From Haliotis cracherodii (Eukaryota): a DNA stretch of 64,000 nucleotides. The notes beneath the pieces are model-generated. The model saw only the letters and a program-made list of their open reading frames with translations, had not been told where the DNA came from and made no database searches. Both the position numbers and the translations under genes were made by a program. Shown here piece by piece: positions 13,436-27,065 of this stretch (the stretch's first letter is position 1; every line of letters begins with the position of its first letter). The stretch spans positions 19,964,001 to 20,028,000 of the forward strand of contig NW_027266265.1 in assembly GCF_022045235.1 (NCBI RefSeq). Direction: 5' to 3'.

Positions 13436-13780
13436 CAAGTGTTGGCAATTCTGTAGGAGCTGAATAAGCCTTGGTTAGTCTGTAGGAGCTGAACAAGTGT
13501 TGGCGAGTCTGCAGGAGCTGAAGAAGTGTTGGCGAGTCTGTAGGAGCTGAACAAGTGTTGGCTAGTCTGTAGGAGCTGAACAAGTGTTGGCAAGTCTGTA
13601 AGAGCTGAACAAGTGTTGGCTAGTCTGTAGGAGCTGAACAAGTGTTGGCGAGTCTGTAGGAGCTGAACAAGTGTTGGCGAGTCTGTAGGAGCTGAACAAG
13701 TGTTGGCAAGTCTGTAGGAGCTGAACAAGTGTTGGCTAGTCTGTAGGAGCTGAACAAGTGTTGGCAAGTTTGGAGGAGCT
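13436..13780. repeat. 29-bp minisatellite, ~11 copies (probable 3' UTR)
   Basis: Unit gtctgtaggagctgaacaagtgttggcga; period 29 (13623, 13652). Confidence 0.95.
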
Positions 13781-14606
13781 GTCTGTCAAACATACTTGTA
13801 TAAAGCACCACATAGATTAAGCATCTTGAAAAGGAGGCTCGTAGTGGTTGTTGTACCCGAAGGAACTATCTTTTTCTTTATGGTCATAAGTGAGACTGGT
13901 AAAGACCCAGTCATGCTCTAAATGGTTTGGGTTCTTTTTACCTCTTTCCATCTTTTATCTATTAGGACAGGTCATGCTACTTTCACAGGGGATTAGTCTG
14001 GGAAGCTTAACATTTAATGGAGAACTCACATCAAACCTTACACCTTGAGCAGTTCTGGTCACTTAGCCTGGAATCTTGGATGGTCTTACTTTTCCCATTT
14101 ACCTTGCAAGGAGGTGTCTTACCAACAGCTTCATGATAAGCAGACAATGGCCCAGAAATACAGACCTTTTCCCAAAAATTTACATAATGTAAAAACTGTC
14201 CATCAAAATGTCTTTTTCTTGCAGACAATATGGGGATTACTTATCAATCTGGGTATGTTGATATTGGCTACAAATGCACTGATCTGCACGAGTACTGGTG
14301 TTTTGTAAACTATTAACTTTGCCACTAAACATTGTTTACTTATTGTCATTGTTTTGTTTGGTAACTAGAAATGTGTTGTGTCTAATCAGAAACTGAAGCA
14401 ACCCCATTATCGCACTGACCCGAATATACGCCACCAACATTTTAACATAGGATTTTAATACATTTAAATGCACGCCTGTTGCACCAAGATGTAAACACAA
14501 AAAATCACATGCCTGGCTTTCACATTGACATTTTATATTAAAACAAAAACTGGCTGATACATGGCTGTATAATTCATTGTAACCGGACAATATTGCTCAA
14601 TCACTA

Positions 14607-15465
14607 AGCAGCATGTCATCAACAGGTATTCTTTGAGTGGATCCCTATTGTGGCTAGACCATAGCAACATGTCGTCAACAAGTTTTCTTCCAGTGGATCC
14701 ATATTCTGGCAACAGTCATTCTGCAAGTGGATCCCTATTGTGGCAACAAGACATAAGCAGCATGTTGTCAACAAGCATTCTTCAAGTGGATCCCTATTGT
14801 GGTAAAACACAAGCAGCATGTCGTCAACAGGCATTCTTCAAGTGGATCCCTATTGTGGTAAGACACAAGCAGCATGTTGTCAACAGGCATTCTTCAAGTG
14901 GATCCCTATTGTGGTAAGACACAAGCAGCGTGTCGTCAACAGGCATTCTTCAAGTGGATCCCTATTGTGGTAAGACACAAGCAGCGTGTCGTCAACAGGC
15001 ATTCTTCAAGTGGATCCCTATTGTGGTAAGACACAAGTAGCATGTCGTCAACAAGCATTCTTCAAGTGGATCCCTATTGTTGTAAAACACAAGTAGCATG
15101 TCGTCAACAAGCATTCTTCAAGTGGATCCATATTGTGGTAAGACACAAGCAGCATGTCATCAACAGGCATTCTTCAAGTGGATCCCTATTGTGGTAAGAC
15201 ACAAGCAGCGTGTCGTCAACAGGCATTCTTCAAGTGGATCCCTATTGTGGTATGACACAAGCAGCGTGTCGTCAACAGGCATTCTTCAAGTGGATCCCTA
15301 TTGTGGTAAGACACAAGCAGCATGTTGGAACAAGCGTTCTTCAAGTGGATCCCTATTGTTGGAACAAGCGTTCTTCAAGTGAATCTCTATTGTGGCAAGA
15401 CCTTACCAGCATGTCGTCAACAAGCATTCTTCAAGTGGATCTCTATTGTGGCAAGACACAAACAG
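14607..15465. repeat. 56-bp minisatellite, ~15 copies
   Basis: Unit caagcagcatgtcgtcaacaggcattcttcaagtggatccctattgtggtaagaca; period 56 (14881, 14937). Confidence 0.95.
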
Positions 15466-16555
15466 CACAAAGAAATAAAAACGTTTTTTTTTTATTTTGG
15501 ACTTTAATTCACATTACAGCTTGAATCAATATGATTAAAGCTGAGTGAGGGCCATAATAGATAAATTATCTGATTTCCTCCCTGCCCACCTCATCATACT
15601 ATTCATGTTTCATGTGAACCACATCCATTGTTGGTAGTGTATACAGATGCATTAACAGTTGAAAAAAGAAAGGATGAAAATCTAATAGTTAATTTAGTGT
15701 GGCCTTATACGCAAATGTTTTTCACAAACACATTTTTTATGGACAAGATGTCTTGTATCACAATTTACAGTCCTCATGCAAAAAACACTGATGATGCAAT
15801 CATTGCAATTCAAAATTCATCTTTAGTCACATTCATTCCAAACTAAGCCAGTACAGTCATACATCAAACCATGGACATCAATACATGTGACAGTCCTTCC
15901 ATCATGTAGACCTACAGCCTGGAATTCTCTACAAGGACTGAAGAAACAGTATTACTCATCATTCTTATAATAACAAGGAGTGAAACAACAGAAGATGGAG
16001 GAAAGGATGCAACTTCTTTCAAATGTGCTCCATTAAAAGTAACCGTACAACATGTACAATTAAGTCTATTCTTAAACCCTAAAATAAATTCAATTCTAAT
16101 CTATGGCAAAATGACACAGTTACACAAAAAAAGTTTTCATGTACATGGGTCCAAGTCTTGACTAGGAAATTTCTCTTTTAAAATATTTCTTTTTGTAAAA
16201 GATACATATAGAAAACACTCCTGAAGCCTTTACACTGATGCTTGAACTATTGAATGACAGCAACATATAATGCCAGTCAAATGTCAGTAAGAAACAATCC
16301 CAGGAAGGGTACAAACAATACTGTAGATAAATGCTGGTTTGAATGTCCTTCCTTCATCCCTGTCTCTGTAGCTGACATCGTCAACAACTAGCCCACTGTC
16401 AAGCCTGCATTCTGCAGATTGCATTTACCAGCCAGTGAGTTCTCCAGCAGGTTCTCATTCTGGTCAAACTGGAGAGACAAAGTTGGGAGCGAGCAATCAT
16501 CAGTTTCACTGTTTAGACATTTCCTTGTGTCCGTTGCCACAACACACTCCTGGCA

Positions 16556-19500
16556 TCACCTTTTGCTCTTACTCAGACGAAGAGATTTCTCTAATTCAAA
16601 CTGACGTACATCTGCTCGGTTTAGAAAGGCCATTCTTTCCAGGTATCTGTAAATAGGATAGAGAGATCTGAGGACCTTGAACTGAAGTCAGACCACCAGT
16701 CTACTTTCAACAGGTGCTGTACTGTACACTTTCACAAAAGGAGTACTTTACATCGCAGTTACATCTTCAACTTTGTTGTCTTTGTCCAACAACAGATCGT
16801 ACCATACACCACACTATAAATCTGCCTGATTAATTGAGAGGACATCATTTCACAGATAATCATAACCAAATGTCAAAGTTAGACACAAACATGCAGTTTC
16901 TGTCTATAGTTTCCAATGTTCAGCCTTTCTTAACTGATGGTTTTAAGTTGCATAAAAAAATAATACACTGAAGCATTTGCCTATAACACTGTTCAAGAGG
17001 TCATGGATGCCTAGCTTACAGTGGCAGCGGAGTGACCTTTCCCAGTGAAATTTGAATGTAATCTGTGATGACAGAAAAAAACCTACAAACTTCTACGAAA
17101 CCCCTAAATTATAAGGCACATTACTTACGACTCTTTTCCTCTATTGTGGATCTGCAGATCGTCCTCAATTCCTTCATCCTTCTTAAAAGTGTTCCAGTCC
17201 ATCTTAGACTTCTCCTGTAATATCAGACCATAATCTTACAGTGCTCTGGTCCACTAGACAGGAGTGTATGTTACAGTGCTGTGGTCCACTAGACAGGGGT
17301 ATAAGTTACAGCGCTCTGGTCCACTAGACAGGGGTGTATGTTACAGTGCTGTGGTCCACTAGACAGGAGTGTATGTTACAGTGCTGTGGTCCACTAGAGA
17401 GGGGTATAAGTTACAGTGCTGTGGTCCACTAGACAGGGGTGTAAGTTACAGTGCTCTGGTCCACTAGACAGAAGTGTATGTTACAGTGCTGTGGTCCACT
17501 AGACAGGGGTGTATGTTACAGTGCGTTGGTCCACTAGACAGGGGTGTATGTTACAGTGCGTTGGCCCTTAGACAGGGGTATAAGTTACAGTGCTGTGGTC
17601 CACTAGACAGGGGTATATGTTACAGTGCGTTGGTCCACTAGACAGGGGTGTATGTTACCGGTATGTGGTCCACTAGACAGGGGTGTATGTTACAGTGCTG
17701 TGGTCCACTAGACAGGGGTGTATGTTACAGTGCGTTGGTCCACTAGACAGGGGTGTATGTTACAGTGATGTGGTCCACTAGACACGAGTGTATGTTACAT
17801 TCTGTGGTCCACTAGACAGAGTGTATGTTACAGTGATGTGGTCCACTAGACAGGGGTGTATGTTACAGTGCTGTGGTCCACTAGACAGGAGTGTATGTTA
17901 CAGTGCTGTGGTCCAGCAGACAGGGGTGTATGTTACAGTGCTGTGGTCCACTAGACAGGGGTGTATGTTACAGTGCTGTGGTCCACTAGACAGGGGTGTA
18001 TGTTACAGTGCCTTGGTCCACTAGACAGGGGTGTATGTTACAGTGATTTGGTCCACTAGACAGGGGTGTATGTTACAGTGCTGTGGTCCACTAGACAGGG
18101 GTGTATGTTACAGTGCTCTGGTCCACTAGACAGGGGTGTATGTTACAGTGCTGTGGTCCACTAGACAGGGGTATATGTTACAGTGCCTATGGTCCACTAG
18201 ACAGGAGTGTATGTTACAGTGATGTGGTCCACTAGAGGGGTGTATGTTACAGTGATGTGGTCCACTGGTCATGGTAATTAAAATGGTCATGAAACCTTAC
18301 AGTACAGTTCACTATATACTATTTCATTACTTACCAGGACCCTCATATTTCCTGTAAGGACCCTTGAAATTAATTAAAAGGAGTCCCTAGTCTATTTATA
18401 GAAGTATGTCATTGTTATGGCAGGCACATTGACTTCTGAGCACTATTCATCTCCAAACTAAAACTTGACATCCTAGTTCTATCTGAAAACTGTATAATAA
18501 AGCTGAGCCATGGCACTTTAGGCGGACACACTATGGTCGGCCAGTTGAATCAATATGCTGATTTTCACCCAGTCATATTATCTGAGTGAATTATAGAATT
18601 CGACAAAAGGGACAAATTGGATGCTAAAACCTGTGTCGATTGTTGCGAGTGTGTAGAGTCTGTTCTAGCTATTCGTCAAGTTGGATGTGGTGTGACCAAT
18701 CACATTGGTGTCATCTGATGTTTGTTTACACGCAATTGCAAAACATGCCTTCGTCTGCTGCGAAGAAACCACGCCTTGACTTTTTAAGAGAGGAAACTGA
18801 GTATTTGGTGGCTCACTATCTGAGTCACGCAACCCTGTCAAATGTCTCAAGAATTAGGCGAGCCGCTTCTTGTCTTCCCTTACCAGCACACTCATCTTGG
18901 GCTTCTTGCCAATCTTGTTGAGGAGCCCACCGAGCCCTGCAGCCGGCCTCTTCACACCACTGCTGACAGAAGAGCAATCATAATAATGAATAATGATAGG
19001 CCATTTATATTTCAGCATATTTCCACACCACACAGGGGCATGCTGAAAGCAGTATCATTACCCTGGTCACTGGACCAGAGTGCACTCACCAATCATTCTC
19101 TGCTCCCTCAAGAGCATACAACCCAAGCTGCCTGTTAGTCTCTCTCGACCAATGTTGCTTAACTTTACCTGATTTGTGACCTGTGCACTGTGCACAGGAA
19201 CACATGCCACGACAATCCATCTACACACACACAACTATGCCACCTTCTACAGGGTCCCAGCTATATACATTAAGTGTGCCACCTGCAATGGATATGTAGT
19301 CAACAGCATAAATCTAGACCACCAGATGTCAGACTTTCATTGGTGGCTGAGTGGGTTAGATTGCTGACCTTGTTTGCTGGCGATTAGGTGCCTCACTCTG
19401 AGAGCGTGGGGATCAACCCGAAAATGTACTAGAATTTAGTAAAATCTAAATATTTTTTACATTTGTACACTTATCCTGCATTACTCCGTATTGCATTTAC

Positions 19501-22500
19501 TGCTGTCTTTTGACAGAGATGAACTGTGTGAGATCCAGCTGCTGAAGAAAGTTGGCCCAACCAGTACAGGAAGCAGCGCGAAGCGAAGGGAGGGCACTTA
19601 GACTTCGTAATGCAGGATAAGTATACAAATGTAAAAAATATTTAGATTTTACTAATACTTTTAACTTATCCTGCATTACTTCTTAATGCACCTCTATCTG
19701 ACGGCATGGCAGGTGGGCATACCTTCAGATGTGATCCATAATAAACCCTCGTCAAGGTCTGATGAATCCGCACCACATACAAGTGATGACCGGAACATCC
19801 ATTTCTGTGGAATTTGGAAGTTCAGCCATGTTGAAAATCGCATTTGAACCTCTTAAACAGATTTGGATGTCATCTTTGGTGTGAACAAGTATGTGAAGTT
19901 GCAGATAATTTGGTCCTGTGGTTTCTGAGCAGAAGATATTTAGGACACAGAATGGATGCTGGAGAAACAGACCATCACATTAGCTCACTTGCCTTTCATT
20001 CAGACAGGTTTACAAAATACTTAATGATACATGCCACACTTCAGTCTGCATTGATTCATCTCATTTCACAAATTTCATTTCAGATGGTAAGAAGTCCATT
20101 ATGTAGTCCCCTCATAGACTTGGGTTGTCTTAATATAACATGAAACTTTGTGATAAGAACCTTATTTGGTAAAATGGTCAGCTTTCTAGTGGTTGTCTGT
20201 ACATGCTGTACTACCCAATAACTCTATAATACTTCCATGTCCTGAAACCTATTGTTGATGAGCCTCCCTGCAGTAGGTAATGTACTCACATGCCAGATAA
20301 ACCTGATGGCTTCTCCGATGTAGTTGGTGTACTGCTTTTAGCGTCTTCAGATGAAGTCTGTTGTTTCTTAATTTCTTCCTGAGCCTCTCTTGATGAGACA
20401 TCAACCTCTTTGGTTACCCTGTGAAAGTTGAGACAATCCCCTTTAGGTGTGCCACACTAAAGCATTGTATCAATGTACTTGTATTTGACTCTTAAGTAAT
20501 TCTACAAATGAGATATCAGCAACCATTATATCTTATAATGTAACCATGTTTTTGTTTGCAAGATAAAATAAATGCTCTTTGACAAGAATATCTATTCTTT
20601 GCAGTCCCATCTGAAACATCTTCAACAGTATAGTTTGTCTGCATCATTAAACCCATTATCACTTCAGTACATGTCAACCCATTTATCCAAATGTGACATA
20701 CTTGACCTCCTCTCCAGCAAAATCAAAAACCTTTGTGATGGTCACTGTCCCTGACATGGTGGTCCCAGATTCAGATGCTGCTTGTGATGGTGATTGTTTG
20801 GGAGTGGTCTTGGTTGGCTGAAACACAGTTTCTACTAAATGTGCACCATTTCACACATAACATTGCTAGGACTGCCTTACCCTCTACAAACACGACTACA
20901 GCATCAAGCAGCTGCTGACAAAAGACACCAAACCTCAGGGCATGAGACAGAGAAAGGAGAAGGAAGCCTGTTTAGGGACTCAGTGTGTGCCATATTTCCG
21001 ACACTGAACAGTTAACACTGTAAATGTATCACAACAAAGACAAATGATGATGTTCTTTGTGCTGAACAGATATGTGCATAAACCTGATCATACCGTACAC
21101 CCCAGGGGACCCTCATAATGAACCAAAGTATTAGCATGTAGGTGGGACAATACATACAGACAGTGATACACTCTAGGTATCTACATTAAATGTTGCAATT
21201 ATTAAACGAAGGCAACAATAAAGTCTTTCAGTCTGGAAAGTTGTCAATTTCTTTTATGGCCTACAATTACTCATTATCTGATATCTACTTAGGTAGGCCT
21301 TACAGTTTGCTGGGTCAGTCAGGGTTAAGGAACAAGGGACAAAAACCTTGGTTTTCAAAGTGTATTGTATTGACTGCTGCAACACCATGTATCTATTTCC
21401 ATGTGTTCATTTATGACAAAGAACAGTTTATCTCACTTTATTTTAATAATAATGCTAATGTTTGCAGATGCAAGAGAAAATACAATCACTGAGATTTCTG
21501 TTCAGATTATCAACCATTGAATTTTGATCACTTTACAGAAGGCGGAGATTTTGCTCATTAAATTTGTTGTTGTTTTATGCCGCACAGTGCACTCAGCAAG
21601 ATTCCAGCTATACAACTCGAAACAACATTCACTGAATCTAAGCATACTAAAATGAGGTCATGAATCAGTGAGCTAAAATACCGATGTCTGAATTATCATA
21701 AGGTTGAAGCTGTCACCTTTGCCATACTAGTCAGGGCACCAAGTCCTATGGAGGAAATCTTTTTTGGAGGTGGTGTTTTCATGTCAGACATGAAGCTTGA
21801 CCATAGGTCATCTGCCTTCTTCTTCTCCTGTTCCTCCTTCTTTGCCTCCTTCTCCTTGGCAATCTCCTGCATCAGATCCCGGCTGTCAGGCTCTCCATGT
21901 GGGAGCTCACCTGTCTCCTCCTCACCATCCAGCTTGATGCCTCCCTGCCTCTTTCTAAACAAGGAAAGTCCCTCACGATAAACACCTGTACGGGATATCA
22001 CATGACAATATCCATCTGATGGTTTCAAAAGATCAAAATGACATTATTTCAAAATGATCCCCAGCTTTCTCACAATGCCGGTATTGTCCTGCAATAATAA
22101 ATGATCTTTACCATGTTTACATGCTACGCTACTAGTGCAGGCTGTAACTAGTAGTCACATAAATACATCTTTCATGGACTGGGCTCAGGAGTGATGGGAT
22201 TTCTGTTGGGGCTGTAGGGGACATGCCCTTATATTATAACTGCCTTGCTCAAGTTGTTGGTTGTAGACAAACATGGAGAGGGAACTAGGAATATCACAGA
22301 AAGCATAGTTTTGTGCACTGACTAACATATTTCAAAGCCGATTTTACTAGCAGTTATAACCATACAGTTTAGATAGAGTATCACCTTGGTACCAGGTCAT
22401 TTTTCTTTTTGCATCTTTCTTTTCTTCCTCCAACTTTGCCATCTTGTTTTGCATCTTCATTCAGGGCATCGAGATCTTCCTCATCTCCGGACCCTTCCTC

Positions 22501-25469
22501 CTCACTCACTTCCTCTCCCACTGTAATCATTTGATAACAAGCATATAGTCAATGACTGTGTGTTTATTTTCTTATTCACATAAATAGTGTGTCGAGACGT
22601 TTTTGTGCTGCATGCAGAAGTCTGTGGTCCACAGACAGGCACAATACCTTGTGATGCCATGAATGCAATCCTGGTCATCATGATCATGTCACTAGCTATT
22701 GTGGACATGTTTGAAAAGGTTATTACTGAGAAGATAATGTGCCATTGAATAGATGGCTGAAATAACGATATTACAGTACAAACTTATGTTTGATGTTCTG
22801 ATTGAACAGGCACTGGTTACAGAGAGGTTATCACGCGAGAGTGTTTGGGGATGGTAAATATCCACATTAGGAATAAACATTGTATTTAGCGAGCCTTGGC
22901 GAGCTAAATACATATAGTTTATTCGTAATACAGGATATTTACCATCCCCAAACACACAAGCGTGATAACCTCTTTAATATATAATGTCATTCTTCAAATC
23001 CGTGCTTGAAAATCGCTTTCCTTCTCTCACAAATATTACTGAAACATTGCAAGTTTTCCTGGAAAGTGCACATTAATATATGTTACGTCACAGGGTAAGT
23101 GATGTTGCAGTCGGACAGTGACAGTAGCCAATATAGTTCCAACTGAAATATGTTTCTTATACAGTGGCGAAAGAACATACATGCAAAACAACAATTGCCT
23201 ACACGAATTGTTTTTACTTGCCTTTCGCAGCAATCCATCGGTCTGTCCTCTAGAGTAACTGCCCTTTGACAAAGGGAAGCAACTCTAACCCTAGTCTATG
23301 AGACGTCACTGCCACAGTCAGACGTTGTTGACAGTTTGTCCTGTCATAACGTTACGAAGTGCGGTCATATGTACACACAGCACCAAACGATACAAGGTAT
23401 CAATTCAAATATATTTCGGACAAATCCAACTATTTTAAATTGTGGAAAAGGTTCCAAGCCGCAGAGGTCTACAAGCACAAATATGGCTTCTGATCCCCCT
23501 TGGCTAGGACATATAGTGTCCTCTCAAAATTGTTTCGCAATTTATGTCTCCAAAGTTGCCCAAACTTGTCAAATGCCTTAGCTACGTCACAGTTAGACAC
23601 TGATTTTCATTACATTAGACTGCTCTTTTGTAAAAGATATCAATCATCACAGTAGTTTCTCCAGATTCTACGATGGTTAAATCTGACTCGATCTCGGAAT
23701 GACAAGGGTGACACCATGTTTGTTTGTAAACAGTGAAAGTAGTCCCTACTTGACCTTTGATATTTGTGTAGCGGCCATAAAATTTCTGAGTCCCGTGATG
23801 GGATTCGAACCACCGACCTTCTGATCCGAGGTTGGACGCCTTGTCCACATGACCAAATAGGTTAACCCTGTCAGCAAGCTGACAAGGTAAGGATGTCATC
23901 TGTGGGATGACTCGACGCCCTGCTACATTTGCATCTCTATCCGCTTATGACCCCAATGGATATCGTTTTTATCTGTTGGCTTTATCCAGCAGAGAAACCC
24001 ACCCATCATATGATAAATCCCTTTATTGGCGTGTTGATCAGCCACTTATACTGGAGACAGTATGCCCAGTTTTGAAGAAAGTAAACATGTTTCAATGCGA
24101 TGGCAAACAAGTGTGCATGAACAATTACAGATAGTTTGCAACAATACGATGAAAAAGCTTTTAAAAAATATTAAATGTACATTTCTTAAAAATATGTACA
24201 TAGGAGAAATTTGCTGTCAAACAGGATATTTTGCTCAAAGTTTGCGTATTTTTCTCCAAATTTGACCATTTATTATTTTTCTTAGGACAGCTTTTTCATG
24301 TCAATTGATAACTGCTATAATGATCAATAACTGTACTTAATTTTGTTTCATTATTTTCATAAATAACACCTGAGGAGACCGCCCTGCAGAAATCTGTGGT
24401 CTCAGGTGGTCATTTGTACACAGGGGACCCATCTCGTGTACATGTTACGTCCTCTACAACTGATATAATATTTGCATCACGTTACAAGCTACAATTCATG
24501 TCAGTTTCTTCTTTCATTATGTGTGTGGCACATTATTTAATTTCAATTTTGGAAACTGAAACTGAGCATGATGTCATTGATGAGTGACCTGCTGTGATAC
24601 AAGATGAGCTGATGTTGATGGTATGACTGTAGTCCCATCACCTTATACCCAGGGTTTCTACAGTCTTAGTTTTGCTGTCTTCACATTCCCCACCATCAAC
24701 ATGGCCGCTCACCCAATGCAATACAAATAACATGTTCCAAACTTAGATTTTATTGAAGTGGTCAAGACGAAATAAGTTACACAGATGCAGGACACGGGAG
24801 ATGTTAATTTGAACTACATAAAGAAAAATGGAGAGCTGTAGGTAGAAAAACAACCTGGGTACAAAGTGATTGACAATGACACATAATTATGATAACATAT
24901 ATAGACCACTGTTCTCTGTACATTTAGATGTCAAATTCTAAGCAGGGTACATAGAGGTCTATACAATGTAAATATCACCTCTGTATGTTTGTTTATAAAT
25001 GTGTTTGTCCTAATGAAACATGTATAGTGTGTGAACTAGTTAAGGTTTCTTACTTTACAACAAATCCTGGGTGACAATATAATAAATAATCTCAAACATA
25101 TAACAATGTGGATCAAGCTAGATCTACTCCTTATATATTCAGAATGTGATTTATAATCAAGCCGATGTGCACTTGAAGCCATGGATGCAGTACCTTCACG
25201 TGTTATTTAGTTATTCATCCGGATTCTTTGCATTTAGTAAATTGCCATGTATGCATGCAGAACTACATACGGGTGTGGGCTGACTCTTCTTTGGCAAATT
25301 TTGATTTGTAGACTACCAGTCTCTGGAACTACCTTCTGTATGTTAACCAAGAAAAAAAAACACTCACAATTTACCCTGGTCACCAAAACATAATCATGTT
25401 TATATATAAAATACCTGTCGGGACATAATCCAAATCGTCTTCAGAACTGTAATCTTCTTCGTCTGACAT
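16556..25469 (-). CDS. CFDP1: Craniofacial development protein 1 / BCNT (SWC5 homologue), 8 exons, 308 aa
   Basis: Exons 25469-25415, 22520-22385, 21954-21717, 20817-20702, 20418-20290, 18959-18884, 17214-17129 and 16646-16556, phase-consistent (927 nt). Diagnostic motifs: MSDEEDYSSEDDLDYVP, KADDLWSSFM, ITKVFDFAGEEVKVTKEVD, and the BCNT-C domain [58 protein letters not shown]. Confidence 0.96.
17236..18268. repeat. 35-bp minisatellite, ~29 copies, in CFDP1 intron 6
   Basis: Unit ttacagtgctgtggtccactagacaggggtgtatg; the array ends ~20 nt from the exon 7 acceptor. Confidence 0.95.
19436..19680. mobile_element. inverted-repeat element, possible DIRS-type terminal remnant
   Basis: 49-bp inverted repeat at 19436-19484 and 19607-19655 (1 mismatch), plus a third partial copy acttatcctgcattact at 19664-19680. 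Confidence 0.5.
22823..24018. mobile_element. ~1-kb non-autonomous element with a palindromic left end (copy 2)
   Basis: Paralogue of 2843-3826. Imperfect ~150-bp hairpin at 22823-22973; carries a 161-bp insertion. Confidence 0.75.
23767..23927 (-). mobile_element. solo LTR containing a tRNA-Arg(TCG)-like sequence (Helenus-type TRIM candidate)
   Basis: Termini TGTAGC...GCTACA; 4-bp TSD TTTG (23763-66 and 23928-31); absent from the paralogous site at 3736-3739. The minus strand reads TGGACAAGGCGTCCAACCTCGGATCAGAAGGTCGGTGGTTCGAATCCC. Confidence 0.7.
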
Positions 25470-27065
25470 CTTTCCTCTCTCAGAGCAAATCCAAACAGTC
25501 AGCCTTTCCCCAACACTCCGTACAATGGCGGAAGAGGGCGAGGGGATGGGTTATCTCCCTTGTGAGGTGTTCAGCGCGTAAGACAGTCCATGTTTTTACG
25601 AACTTTATGCAATTCGAGTTAAGGGGATTTGGAATACAAAATGACATTACAAGTGATCATTATCGTAGTCATACATTATATATTATAACATGTCTCTCTT
25701 ATACCGCCAGTTATGTACTATACATCTCATAGAACCAAAAAGTATTCAGATTCAGCTAGCTAATATCTATAAACGGATTATTATTTATACTGTCAAAACT
25801 TGATTCTAAAACCTGTACAGCAATACGAGAAACTTATGTTTTTAGTTACGAAGTACTATCTTAATCTCCAACATAAAATTTATATTTCACTCGCGTGAAA
25901 TACATGTTATTTGACAATAAAAAACAAATATTACCGAAAAGGGTAGAACGACTATGTGTAATAACTTTCCAATATTTGCACATGTATATGCATTTTAGCG
26001 ATTCCCATTGCTGACTGGTTAGTTGAAAAACATATTACGTCACATTGCTTCATTGTTGAGAAAAAAATATGACGTTACCCATTGTTCATGACGTCACAAA
26101 ATGATTACATATGAGACCATCTAAACAATAGGCTGTCTTCTCTGAAGTTTCGCTGTGGGGTTGATATTACATACGTTTTTCTTCATTTTCTCTCCTTTTC
26201 ATGTCAGTGGGTAATATGCAAAATAACCCAATCGAAACAGATTAACCTATCTGTCTTCGTGAATGAATGCTGTTAGTCCCTCGCCAAAAGGCCATTCATT
26301 GACTCGAGACAGAAAATAAACTATATATATATATATTTATTATTTCGGCAAATACAACTTTTAGGCCCAAAAGTCAATTAATGATTCTAACATGAATTTG
26401 GAAATTACGCGATTCTGATTGGTCCATTGGTCATCAATCAAGAACTGACTTGAACTTTGTGTGAGCTCATAGGAGTATATGCACCTTGACAGAGTTTAGT
26501 GAAATCTTTTGTTATGTCCATTACATGTCATTGAAGTATATCCACAAACACTTGAGTCATTTGAGCAAATTGTTTCTCTGTAAACTATGCACGTGTGCGT
26601 GCGTGCTCTTCTTGCTGCCATTGTTTGCCCATTCCGGTCTAATCGTCAATCCGCGTCATCAAAGTAATGCGCTTTTCCCACCCGATACCATGTCGGGTTA
26701 GAAGATGACTTGGTTATGCATGCGTGGATCGATGTTCATGATGTCAATCACTAGATTGTCTGGTCCAGACTCGATTATTTACAGACAGCCGTCACATAGC
26801 TGAAATATTGCTGAGTGCGGCGTTAAACAACAAACAAACAAAACCAACAAAATATGCCTACGAAAAGTATGATGATATTGTCTTTGTTGAATGATTATTA
26901 AAGACTGATAATAAAATGAAAGTAAGAATGTTAGAATGACTAAGAGACCGTTGTCTTTGTTAAATGATTTTAATTATTCAATGAAAGTAAGAATGATGGA
27001 ATGACGCAGGGAATGTTGTCTTTGTTGAAATGGATGTATGAATAGATACACCAAAGACGTACATA

